This document shows positions 23,444 to 35,689 of a stretch of DNA of 64,000 nt, piece after piece (position 1 is the stretch's first letter; each line of letters begins with the position of its first letter). The DNA comes from Convolutriloba macropyga (taxonomy: Eukaryota), in contig NC_134473.1 of assembly GCF_964194025.1 (NCBI RefSeq), forward strand, positions 58,528,001 to 58,592,000, read 5' to 3'. The notes under the pieces were generated by a model that did not search any database, was not told the origin of the DNA, and worked only from the letters and a program-made list of their open reading frames with translations. The position numbers were made by a program, and so were the translations under genes.

Positions 23444-26150
23444 TTCACGCAATGTCGAAAAGGCGGCAAAATGAGGTAATATGAAAAGTTTTTATTCAAC
23501 GAAGTAAAAAGGAGCGCTATAATAACAGGCTGAGAAGCTAGCTGAGGCGGCTATTAAAAATCAAATTAAAGTCAATGAATTGTTTTGCCACAAAAAACCA
23601 ACAAAATTATTACCTCATATGAAAATAGTGCACATAAAAACGGAAATCATTTGCTAAAATGCAGCTCACATAAATTCTGGCTTAACAGTAGGAAAACCAT
23701 AATAGGCTTTAAAACTTATATAATTATTGAAAAAAATTGAAAAACTAAGAAAATTACAAAAAAATTTTCGAATTAGCCGTCAAATTTCTCAACAAAAACA
23801 GAGTTTATACACATCAAAGTTGAAATAAATTGACATTCAAATAAAACAAAGAAACAACATAGCTGGCAGATTGCCAGAAAATAGCCGCAATAGATTCGTA
23901 GATCGGCAGTTTAAAAAAACAGTAAAGACAGACCAAAAAAATTCGTCTTTTCATTGAAGGCTGATCTGTTATATTTTGATTTAAAATCTGTATAAGTTAT
24001 TGCTGCCTCTATTAGCTGATCTCAAATAACCTTCATTTAGAGTGACACACACCCATTTGACCTTATCTCTTTGAATTAAAGTAAATAAAAGTCAATTTCA
24101 AAGTGAGGAAGTCATTTTTGAGAGTGAGGTAAGTCAAGTGTGACCAAATATTTAATCACGCGAATGAACAAAAAAACTCGCTCCACAGAGAGCAAAAAAT
24201 GACGTCACGCATGCAATTCAGTTGAAATTGCATGAACGAATGAACAAAAAGTGGCTGTGACGTCATATGCTCGTAACAAAAATCTTGACGAAATAAAAAA
24301 ACATAGCCCGAAGAATTCCGGAAGCGACTCGAAGCGTCAAAATTTCACAAAAAACTGTAATTGCAGCTGAAGCCATCAAGTTTTGTATATTAACTCATTA
24401 CCTCCCGAGATCTGATCTAAAAATTGGTGAAATTTAAACAACTATCACAAAAACAAAATGCAGCAAAATTTTATATTAGTGAAAACGCTCGAAAAAAGTC
24501 CGAAATAATTAGGATGGCCAAAATACTAATAGGCTAAAAAAGCTGACAGGGCTATCAATATCCCTCAAATAAGTCATGATTCTAATCTCAAGGTCGCGAA
24601 AGCAAACGGCAGTTAATAATCTTAGAAATTAAGTTAAATTTTTCAAAAAAGGCTCAAATTTAAGAATCAGAAAACCACTACAATTAGATTTCTAATCACT
24701 GCAATTAAGACAAAAACAATACATACTTCTTCCTTGATGTATATATTCCAGACAACATGATTTCATGCTAAATCAAAAATTAAATCATAGAAAAGACATA
24801 AGCAACAGCATAATAATCACAGGCAAAACATTGTTTAAAAACTTTAACTATATATAAACTACTCCCATTAAGTTCATACATACTACAAAAAACAATCCTA
24901 AGCACGTAAATCACTTAACCTTCTAAGAACACAGTCCCATAACCGTTTTGTTTTTTCATTTTTAAATTGGGCATTTCTTCAACTTTTTGTTGTAATTTAA
25001 TCGGCTTTGTAGTAAGGCCCGAAGAAATCTGCAATAATAGTAATAAGTGGAAATTGTGGAATAGGTTTTATAGCAAACTATCAGGACTAAATTATGATGA
25101 ATGGAATCAATTGCAAACCAAAGAAATGACAAAAATCTAAGAAAAAAGATAAATCAATCAACATTTAACAACCAAAAAAATCAAAATAACGAATACAAAA
25201 ATAGGTGCCAGGACAAAGCCACAATGATAAACAAACTAGAACGTGAAAAATATGGCCTTAGTAACAAAAAAAACATTCTTGATTTTTGAAAATTAAAAAT
25301 CAAATTTAAAAAAATGAAGAAAACGAATACATTTATTGTTCAGCATTCGAGACATAGTAAAGACAACGAGCCATCAGAGACAAAAATTCATCCTCCTGAA
25401 CGGAACAAAAAAAAGAAAAAATCAGAATTCAAACCTGCAAAACATATTGCAAAAAATGTTCAATAAATTTTTGAGATCGCATTTATGAAAAAAAAATTCA
25501 AAAAAAACTGGTTTTCAAAAAAATGATTGAATTTTTATTGAAACGAAATCAAAGTCCCTCATGTTGCACAAAAGACTAGTTCTAGAAATTAAATTCAAAA
25601 TACAAACAAAAAACAGAACAATTGAAAAAAACCTGCCAAAATCGGATTAGCATATGTACAATTTTATAAAACAGAATTACATCGAGATAGAAAGAGGACT
25701 AAGAGACGGCTGAAATATCCAAAAATGAAGAAATTACAAAAAAGCCAAAAATTAAATAAAAAATCAAGAAAGATGTGCCAATTTTGAAATTGATACGCAT
25801 CTGCAAAACACTGGCATCAAATTGCGAGGTTTACATTTCAATATATCATCGAATAAAAATTACTTCTACAAAAAAAAACAAAATTACAAGCAAAAAAATG
25901 GGCCATTTGGACGAAAAATCGGCCAAAAACGGTTATCTATATGTGCCATTCGATCAAAAAACTTCTCTCGCTCAGAAAAAATTAGTTCACACGGCAACTC
26001 TACTCACTTTCGCTTTTAGGTTAAAACAGCGTCTGAACGAATAGTACTTCCGGTAAAAAAAAACCTTAAGAAAACCAATACTCCTCTTCGAGTCGTAAAA
26101 AACCAAGAGAAGGCCAATAATAGCCCCAGCTATCGCTGTGCGGCTATTAA
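23444..26150. repeat. Local segmental duplicate of 27951..28861, interrupted by family C element 24300..26098
   Basis: Near-identical from ttcacgcaatgtcgaaaagg to gacgaaataaaaaa, resuming at aaccaagagaaggcc...cggctattaa. Confidence 0.92.
24300..26098 (-). mobile_element. HINE-like element, family C, second copy
   Basis: Same termini and interior as 16083..17891. The empty site is visible at ~28800-28815. Confidence 0.8.
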
Positions 26151-27641
26151 TAAAACAAAATTGGATATAGATGCTGCTTACAAAATTTCAACATAGCAAA
26201 ACTTTGATATTGCCTATAAAAACTTATCCAGAAGTATTATCACTAGCGAACTTCATTAGAAACGAGTTTCTTTGACCTCGGTATAATTTTGATTGAACAT
26301 AAGTATCACTGTCACTTAGAGGACACAGTCTTTCAGTCACATTGAACTGTTCAGCTCTTTACTGTCCTCAATGATCTAAGGCATCTCACACCTGATTATA
26401 CTAAACATTTTGAAACAATATCAGGAAAAATGTAAGAAAATTAATTGACAAGAAAAATAACTGACCTACGAGACATCAGTCAATATATACATTAAGTTCT
26501 GATTCAAAAACTTAGTCAAAAATACAGGAAGACAGGTCATTCGCACAGCAAAAGTTCGACAAAAAACAGATAATGTAACCAGTTCTTAAAGAAAAAAAAA
26601 CGAGAACTGGAAAAGCTGATGACGCAGGACAAAATCAAAAATAATTTGCTCTAAAATTCAGACAAAATTCTCTAAACAACGATAAAAAGCGACGTCCCTA
26701 ACCATTAATTGGAGAAAAATTACAATTATATCTTCTGCTAGATCAGTAACCCATTGAACACTTGGCAGAGAAATACAAAACGGAAAATTTATAAAAAGTT
26801 CTTGAAAAAAAATAACCAAAAAGTAACCATTGCGTTGAGAAGATTTACTAACTTTTCTGCTCAACCCAACACCCGGCAGAATTATATTACACAAAGCAAA
26901 AAATGAAAAATTGCCCTGTCTAGTCTTCAATGGCACCTGTTCGGAGCAAAATTGATAGAATAGTAGTAAATTAAAAATTGAACGAGCAAAACTATAGCGG
27001 GTAGCACAAAATCAGAAAAAAAAACTTGACAAATTGGCGAAAATTTGCTTAAAAGCACTAAATTTTCTTCAACAAAAACAAATCGAAATCAATACATCTG
27101 AAATTGAGAGACAACGAAAAGTGCTAGAACAAGTGATTTAGAACAGAAAACTCCCCAAATGCTTTAAAATTCTAGACAAAAAAAATGCTGACAAACTTAA
27201 AACAAGGCAAAATGATAACAAAACAGCTGAAAAGTAACACGTTAATATTCACTACAGATGGTCATAAACAATTCCAAACACACTATTTCCACCTCAGATA
27301 ATTGAGAGAAAGGCTTCAATGAGAAAGTTTGGAGCTAAAGATTAAAAAAAAAAACTGCTACGAAAAAAGCCGCACGTGTTGAAAACTGCTCGCTTAGAAA
27401 CATGTTTTCACACCTACTGTTGTAGATCTCTCACAAAGAAGCGACATGAACAGTCAGTCTCTCTTCTCTTATTCTTCAGCAATTTGACCTTAACACAATT
27501 TCACGCAGCTCACTTCCTGTTTCAAATACAGATAAAATTAACGAGTCGGAAGCATTCCGTAAACCATGCGAAGAATCGTTTCTGCCAAAAAACAAACCCT
27601 TCTAAAACCATTAAAGACTACATCCACTCAAGAAAATTTTA

Positions 27642-28064
27642 AACATACCCGGCAGAATGCAGGAAAATAGCCGCCGTTGATTCCCATAACAATGATTAGG
27701 ATTGAAAGAAAAGACAAAAACTCGTAAAAAATGATTTTCGTACAAACAATTTTAAAGTGCGAACTATTTCGAAATCATTTTGGAGCTGAACATGCTCCTG
27801 TTTTTATGGGTTTATCTCAATTCTAATTATGACTTCGTTTTTAATACTGACTCTGTTCATTTTGAATTGCTTTACTGGGCAACTCCTGTCTAAAAGCACT
27901 TTTAGCAGAATGAGAGAAGAGTGAAACTAGCCTAGAGAAGTCAAAAAGATTTCACGCAATGTCGAAAAGGCGGCAAAATGAGGTAATATGAAAAGTTTTT
28001 ATTCAACGAAGTAAAAAGGAGCGCTATAATAACAGGCTGAGAAGCTAGCTGAGGCGGCTATTAA
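27642..28064 (-). mobile_element. HINE-like element, family A1
   Basis: aacatacccggcagaatgcaggaaaatagccgcc ... ggcggctattaa. Confidence 0.75.
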
Positions 28065-28363
28065 AAATCAAATTAAAGTCAATGAATTGTTTTGCCACAA
28101 AAAACCAACAAAATTATTACCTCATATGAAAATAGTGCACATAAAAACGGAAATCATTTGCTAAAATGCAGCTCACATAAATTCTGGCTTAACAGTAGGA
28201 AAACCATAATAGGCTTTAAAACTTATATAATTATTGAAAAAAATTGAAAAACTAAGAAAATTACAAAAAAATTTTCGAATTAGCCGTCAAATTTCTCAAC
28301 AAAAACAGAGTTTATACACATCAAAGTTGAAATAAATTGACATTCAAATAAAAACAAAGAAAC

Positions 28364-28861
28364 AACATAGCTGGCAGATTGCCAGAAAATAGCCGCAATA
28401 GATTCGTAGATCGGCAGTTTAAAAAAAACAGTAAAGACAGACCAAAAAAATTCGTCTTTTCATTGAATGCTGATCTGTTATTTTGATTAAAAATCTGTAT
28501 AAGTTATTGCTGCCTCTATTAGCTGATCTCAAATAACCTTCATTTAGAGTGACACACACCCATTTGACCTTATCTCTTTGAAGTAAAGTAAATAAAAGTC
28601 AATTTCAAATTGAGGAAGTCATTTTTGAGAGTGAGGTAAGTCAAGTGTGACCAAAAATTTAATCACGCGCATGAACAAAAAAACTCGCTCCATTTAGAGC
28701 GAAAAATGACGTCACACATGCAATTCAGTTGAAATTGCATGAACGAATGAACAAAAAGTGGCTGTGACGTCATATGGTCGTAACAAAAATCATGACGACG
28801 AAATAAAAAAAAACCAAGAGAAGGCCAATAATAGCCCCAGCTATCGCTGTGCGGCTATTAA
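28364..28861 (-). mobile_element. HINE-like element, family A2 variant
   Basis: Hairpin ctggca-gat-tgccag with subTIR aatagccgca / tgcggctatt. Confidence 0.75.
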
Positions 28862-29608
28862 AAACAAAGGGCAAAAACTGCTTAAGCAGTCTACGAAAAA
28901 TCTTTGTAATCCTCAAAATTAGCATAAAAACAAAACCGACTAACGTCGGGAGAATTACTCTTGAACGAACAGTCAGCACTTATTTTAATCAGTTGCAGCC
29001 TGCTGCCGTCGGGAGCGGGGTGTAGCTTGATTGGGACTTAGAAATTCACTAGGCGACTTCAAATCTCATTAGGGGTGATTATTTATCACTATTAAAAGAG
29101 GTGACTAAATGTCACTTGAAATGTCAAAAAACGCTCAAGCGAAAATTTTGCATGAAAACACGTTAAAAAATAATTGCTTTTCTTCGAGACATGACTATTG
29201 CACACATGAGGTCCTTTGACCTTAATCTAATTCAAACTAAACTTAAGTGCAAAAGTCATTTTACTGAGTGAGGTAAATCACGTATGATCAGAATCTAATC
29301 ACGCAAATGAGCAAAAAACGTCGGCTAAAGAGATTGAGAAATGACTTCACGTGCGCAAATGATGCCAGTGAGAGAAAAGTCATTCAGAAAAATTGATTTT
29401 TTTCAGCTTTGCTGTGTGAACAAATGTAAACAAGACTGCCAGACGTAGAAATGAAAACAAAACAAGAGCACCGCAATATAGCTCTGTTCCGCTTACAGCT
29501 TCGCTTTCTTTTCGCTCCACTCTCAAACTTTGCTCAACACAAACCCCATAAAAAGTGTTTCATGCTTGTCATTTCCTGCTTTCATATTCACTTCACAAAT
29601 CTGATTAA

Positions 29609-29842
29609 AAACATAGCCGCAGATTGCCGGAAATTATCCGCGATAGATGCCTGTGGCCTTCCATGAATTGCAACAACTAAAGAGATTAGATAGACAGGTC
29701 GACCACCAGTCCTTTATTAGACCCCTAGCTTTTTTGGTTAGATTCGGACTGTCATTTTTATGAGACACATTTAAAATTTTTTGAACTGTAAAAAAACTCA
29801 CGATGTCCCCAATAATAGCCGCTATCGCTTCACGACTATTAA
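29609..29842 (-). mobile_element. Short HINE-like element, family A2
   Basis: Both termini present; an internally deleted relative of 29999..30556. Confidence 0.7.
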
Positions 29843-29998
29843 CAAAGACACTTCTCTAATATTCCTCTTCCATTCGTAAAAAGACGCTCCACCAGTACAT
29901 CTCTTCAGTCGTGATAAAAATAGGGCCGCTATAATAGCCAGCTGAAAAGATAATTGCTGTACATTTCGTTGGAAAGCAGTTAACTTAGATAACATTAA

Positions 29999-30556
29999 AA
30001 ACATAGCCGGCAGATTGCCGGAAAACAGCCGCGATAAACGCTTGTGGCCTTCCAAGAATTGAAACAACTAAAGAAATAAGATAGAAAGATCGACCACCAG
30101 TCCTTCAATAGACCACTACACTTTTTGGGTTAGATTCGGACTGTCAATTTCTTGACATATACGTCTATAGGGAAAAAGCCTAAGAGAGCTTTTTCGAAAT
30201 TGATATTCGAAATCAAAAACTCAAGACTAATACTCAAAAACTAGGGCATATAATTTTGGCACTACTTAGATGCACACTATTGATCCTTAACTAAAATGTT
30301 CATAAAATTTAAAGTTCCATAAGTGAGTTCAGAAGTCATTTTTTTGAGTGAGGTAAGTCACGCAATTGACCTAAAAGCTGAAATGACGTCACGTACACAA
30401 ATTTTAACTGCAAAGCAATAGAAGTCACTGAAGTCAATTCAAGAAGTCAATTCCAAGAAGTCAGGTCGTAAGAATCATCGATGGAGACGACGAATTAAAA
30501 AAAAACCACGAGGTCCCCAAAAATAGCCCCAAAAAGAGCCGCTTCGCGGCTATTAA
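29999..30556 (-). mobile_element. HINE-like element, family A2 (uninterrupted reference copy)
   Basis: acatagccggcagattgccggaaaacagccgcga ... tcgcggctattaa. Confidence 0.78.
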
Positions 30557-30912
30557 TAAAGAACTTTGTATTAAAAACGATTGCTTATGCGTTTAGCCTA
30601 CAAATTACCGTTATAAAAATATAAAATACCTCAAACAAGGGCCAGGTCACTTAACTACAAGCTGCTTCAATCTTTCATTATGTAAAATGAGAACTTTGAC
30701 GATTATTGAATGATAGAATTATAATCACATCTAGCTTATGAGAGGAACATAAAGTAACGCCAAAATTAAAAGATGCTGAACCATTTTTCGGAACTTTAAA
30801 GCAGCACTCTTTGAAAAACCAGGGTTGGAAAGTTAAGTGTGCTCCGCACCCGCCAAATCACTAATCCTAGTCACTTACTTTATAGTCTAACTTGAATTAA
30901 ATTGACACACAC

Positions 30913-31730
30913 CTTTGGTTCGTGGCTGTTTCAACCGCTCCTCAGTGGAAAGTGACTCTGGATTATCTTCAGGCCAAGAAAGCATATCTTTGGAATCTAA
31001 ATTCATCTGAATTCCAACACGAATTAAGGGTTTGTGGTCCATCTCTCCCACGCTAGAAGGCAGTCCAAATGTCCGCAATCTGAACTTCGATTTCGCTCCC
31101 CCGGTATTTCCAACCTCTAATGCTCTTTCTCCGTCACCGTCATTATTCAGCTTCACATCATGTTGATCCCTGATTTCAACTAGGTTGAGGTCAGTGGTTC
31201 TTTTTTCCTCCAGGGCATTGTTAAATGCTTTCTCTTCGACAATCGCGTTTTGGATAACCTGTTCTGAGAGTTCATTTGAGCACGGAAGATCACTAATCGC
31301 AACTTTTGCAGCAAAATCAGATTGCATCCCATCTTCATTCGCAGGTAGATTTGTGTTAACAGACTTAGAAAAGCGTTCAGAAGTTGTCTTTTGCACGTCG
31401 CTTTTGATCACTGCAGAATTATCAACAAATTGATCTGCTTTAGGAATCTTTGATGAAAGGTTCTGTGTCTCACTGTAATTGTCGGTTGTACCGTTTTCGG
31501 TTTCCGTTATCTGAATGTTTTCAACCTGTGACGTGATTTCAAAAGTTGGTTCTTGTTCATTACCCTGATTCTCCAGAGTTATAAAATGTGCATCGGGATT
31601 CAATTCAAGTACCGCCATTACTTCTTGCCTTTTGTCATGCAGCTGACGACGCTTCAGTTTCCAAATGGCTTTCTGCTCTCGCTTAGCTGCGTCAGCAGTT
31701 AGTTCTTCGTAGTAAGCGATCAGCTCAGCT
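30913..31730 (-). CDS. TUBGCP6: TUBGCP6 large exon: AELIAYYEELTADAAKREQKAIWKLKRRQL plus acidic, low-complexity GCP6 insertion
   Basis: ccttttag acceptor and GTGTGT donor; 818 nt, phase 2-1. N-terminal part matches GCP6 ALVDHYSKLSAEAARREQKALWRIQRHRL. Includes ORF 30887..31618. Confidence 0.9.
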
Positions 31731-34584
31731 CTAAAAGGAAGGCAGCGAAAATAGTCAACACATTCTTTTCAGAATTATTGTTAAAATTCACAAAGGAAAT
31801 TCTGCCAAATGAGCGCTTATCTTACAATTTTTTCAATAGTAAACTTGGTGGTGAAACCGATTGGTACAACGAAATCAACTAAGTTTTAAGCTCAACTTAT
31901 AACACTGACAAACAACTCAAAGTCCAGAAGTCATTCATTCAACGACTTTCATGATGAAAAAATTCTTCCTTGTTATAAATTCGTTCAACGTCCCATTTCA
32001 ACAATCACTTTTAGGTTAACGCCTTAGCAACCGCTCTAATGAACATTGACAACCTAGTGAACACTGACACCGCTCCAATGAATAGACTTACTCCAGTAGG
32101 AGAGGAAAATGGCATCACGCAAATAATTGCATCTGCTGCATCCTTTGTTCATTCATTCATTTATGCAAAAAAGATTGAGCTAACGAATGAAGCAGATTGA
32201 AAATGACCGTGACGTCATATGATCGCATCAGAAATCTGACCGAAGAAAAAAAGAAAAAAGGCAAAAAAACGCTGCCCAGCTATAGCTTCGTAGACCGTGG
32301 TTTCAAAATATCAAAAAAGATCCAAGAAACCAAGAAAGGAAACGTTTTTCTATGTCTAAACGTTAAGTAGTAAAAAATTATAACGCAAAACTTTGAATAG
32401 AACAAGACGCATTAATTGAAACCTCAGGGGATCAGTTAAAATTGCTGCTGAATGGCACAACAAAAAGTGCGCAAATTTAAAAACTGTTCATAGTATATCT
32501 TAGCAGAGTTAAAAAGTTTCAAGTCGCTTCAGGATAGCAAGCCAATCGGATCAACAAGGGTCAACCACAGAAAATAATCAAATTAAATCAAGTCAGTCCA
32601 AAATTGGTTAACTTTTGGTTACGTTTAAGGACCTCCAACTGAAATAAATGAAAATCCCGCAAGCTTGGTTATAAAATGGCGAGGAAACGAACAACAAATT
32701 GAGACAAAACTTCATTATATTTTAGAAAACAACTAAAAGTCAGTCAAAAAAACATTACATATCAAGGAGTTAACCACTTAAAATTTAAACAGTATTGGAA
32801 TACTTGTATTACTGTTTTGAAGAACTCGTGAAGAAATCGAGAGAAAAACAACAGATTCTGAAATCGAATGGCGGATTGAATTAAAACTCTGTTAAAACCA
32901 AAAAGCTGTTCAAGCACGGTTCTCTGACTCCGCTTTATAAGCAACATGAAAAACATGTTCCTGTCAGTATAAAAGTAGAAAGTTACACTCCTTATTCCAT
33001 CAGAAAACGGGAAAATACTTTTGCTTCACAGACTGCTTTAAAAAGACCATCCCAGTGAATCAAATTCGTTTGACTGTATGTCCTACATTGCCAGAAAATT
33101 GTCTCCATCGATTACCATGACGCCTATCGGGATCATATTGCCAGAAGCGCGTGCTATTTTGGATTTTGTAACCAAGCATTTGATTTTCAATGAGCAGATA
33201 GAGATTAGTATCAACATCAAAAAACAAGAGGGCTGGTAACTCCGACTATGTAGAACACAGTTCAAATACCAAGCACAGCTGTGCTTTCTGAATTTCTCCC
33301 AGTTCAAATTTTTATTACATCTTTCATCACAGACTGTTCTCATGTTAAATGCTTTGTATAGCAACTGCTATTTAAGAACTATTTGAGCAGAATGAACGAA
33401 AACTGAAATGGGCCAGAGAAATCAAGAAAAAAACCGCATTTAAAAACATACAAGCTCTATAAAAAATACATACCGGGGAAAAAACAAAAACAACAGAGAT
33501 TGCCAGAAAATAGATGCTATAGCTTCGTAGGCTGTGATCTCAACGTATTAGTAAACAAAAAAATCAACAATGGAAAAGTAGTTCTGTTTAAACCTTCCTT
33601 CGATGAAAAAAACTTTTTGGATTTCAGCGCTATTTCCAAAAGCGGTCCCGAAAAAAATCTTCAACTAGTGAGAGGCAGTCATTACACTAAGATCCTTAAT
33701 CCAAAAAGAATGATTTTCAAAAATGAGGTCATACGTAATTAAAAACTTATTCAATCGCATTGACAGAAGACTAACTGTAGGAGGAATCACGCAAAAAAAA
33801 ACAAAAAAAATGCATCAGCTATATCTTTTGATCATCCAATCATGCAACAAAAACTGAACACTTCAATGAACAAAAGCGGATTGGAAATTACCGTGACATC
33901 ACAAGGTCGTAACAGAAATCTGAACGACGAAAAAAGAACGCCAAAAATAGCGTTGCTCAGACTGCAGTTTCCAAACATCAAAAAAGACGTAAGAAACCAA
34001 GAAAGGAGACGTGTTATTCTATGTTGAAATCTTGCTTCGACAAACTTATCATATTTAGACGTCTGTGTTAGTTCTAAAACCGGCCCTCAGATAACCTTAT
34101 TTTCAAAGTGGGATGCAGTCAGTTGAACTAAATCCTTCAGCTTAAACCAAACATAAGTTTGCAGACGCATGTAAGAATTTCATTAACCAGCATTATCAAA
34201 AACTGCAACTATTTTCATTCATTCCTTCATTCGTTGAACAGAAAGTGAACAAATCAATGAAAAAAAGCAAATTTGAAAAAAAAGTAACGTAAAAGAAATC
34301 TGAACGATGAAAAGAAAAAACAAAGGCACAAAATAGCACTGCACAGCTATCACAACCATGAGAAAAGTAAAAATAGAACTGGTCATGTGCAACATTTTGA
34401 CAGAACAAGAAGCAGCAACAGAAAACTCAGGGGATCAGCAAAAATTCCTGCTGAATGGCAAAAGAGAGAACAGAAAGCGTGCAAAATCAAAAAACTTCAT
34501 AGTAAATTCTAGAACTATTAATGAAATCTTTGGCTCAACAATTGTGAACAGATTTAATATCGCTTCGGGAAAGCCAATGAGATC

Positions 34585-35689
34585 CAGCTTCTAGAAGAAT
34601 TCAATGACATATTCACGGGGCACCGCCTTGACATGGGCTACACTCACAAATTCTCAGTCAAATTGACACCAGACAAACAGACCTGTATACTCCAAAACTC
34701 GAAGAACTTCAAAACATCTCAAAGACGATTTGTTAGTAAAACTAGCACTTTTCCAATACTACGGAGTCATAACAACGCTCCCATTCAGCCGCTATTTATC
34801 TCCAATATTTGCTAAACGCAAGCCAAACGGGAAGCTCAGAACATTATCTCAGAAAAATAAACCATCTCATTAGAAAGGACTATAACAATAACAACTTCCC
34901 GATAGCCACACTAGCAGATGCGGGCACCCACTTAGCCGGCAACTCTTCTGCAAAATGGATGGCAGCCATGGCTACTTCTCTTTACCAATGGCTGATGAAC
35001 AATCAGTAGTTACTGGCCTCCAACTTCGCATCAAGAACATATGCTTTTCAAAGACCGGCCCACGGACTAAGCAGAAGCGTCAGCGTTTTTAGCTCATGCA
35101 TGCGTCAAAATCTCCACACAGTTATAACAGCGGATAATTGCTTTCAGTACCTTGAGGACATTGTCATCGGAGCAGATGACACAAAGACATGTTGGAACGA
35201 CTTCGAGCAGATTTTACATGCATCCGCGAATCAGGAATGAAGCTCGCAACAGACAAATGGGCATTTGGACTCAAAGAAAAACAATCCCTTGGTGATAAAA
35301 TAACCTCTGAGGGTCTCGCGCCAATAAAAAAGATTACAACTTTTCAGAAAACATTCAAACTGCCACGAAACCCAAAACAAGTCAAACGAAAGGTCGGAAC
35401 TTTTCAATTTTATAAAGCTTTCATCCCTGAACTTGCTGAAAAACTTCTATCGTCTACTAACCGTTCTATCGTCTACTTAAGAAAGACAACAATTTCGCGA
35501 TAGAAGAAGAACAACGCTGTGCTGGAGAAGCTAACAAATGATCTAAGAACAGCCTGTGACCTTTCACTCAGACTACCTAAAGGTGACCAACATTATGTAA
35601 TAATGGCCGACGCATCCTCTTACGCAGCCGGATACGGACTCATGATAGAAGACTACACAACAGACGAAGATAATCATAAACTTATTAAA
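34585..35689 (+). mobile_element. Ty3/gypsy pol, 5' part: degenerate RT and start of RNase H (gag, protease and 5' LTR absent)
   Basis: Broken frames give EEFNDIF..RLDMG, KRKPNGKL, FPIATLADAG, HGLSRSVS, QYLEDIVIG (YxDD site), LPRNPKQV, ADASSYAAG, MIEDY. Confidence 0.9.

Noticed and set aside
32960-33330. Possible minus-strand LINE linker fragment
   Set aside because: No diagnostic motif recognised with confidence.
31731-34584. 5' LTR, PBS or gag of the gypsy element
   Set aside because: No match to the candidate 3' LTR and no gag/protease motifs; pol starts abruptly at ~34585 after HINE-type repeats.
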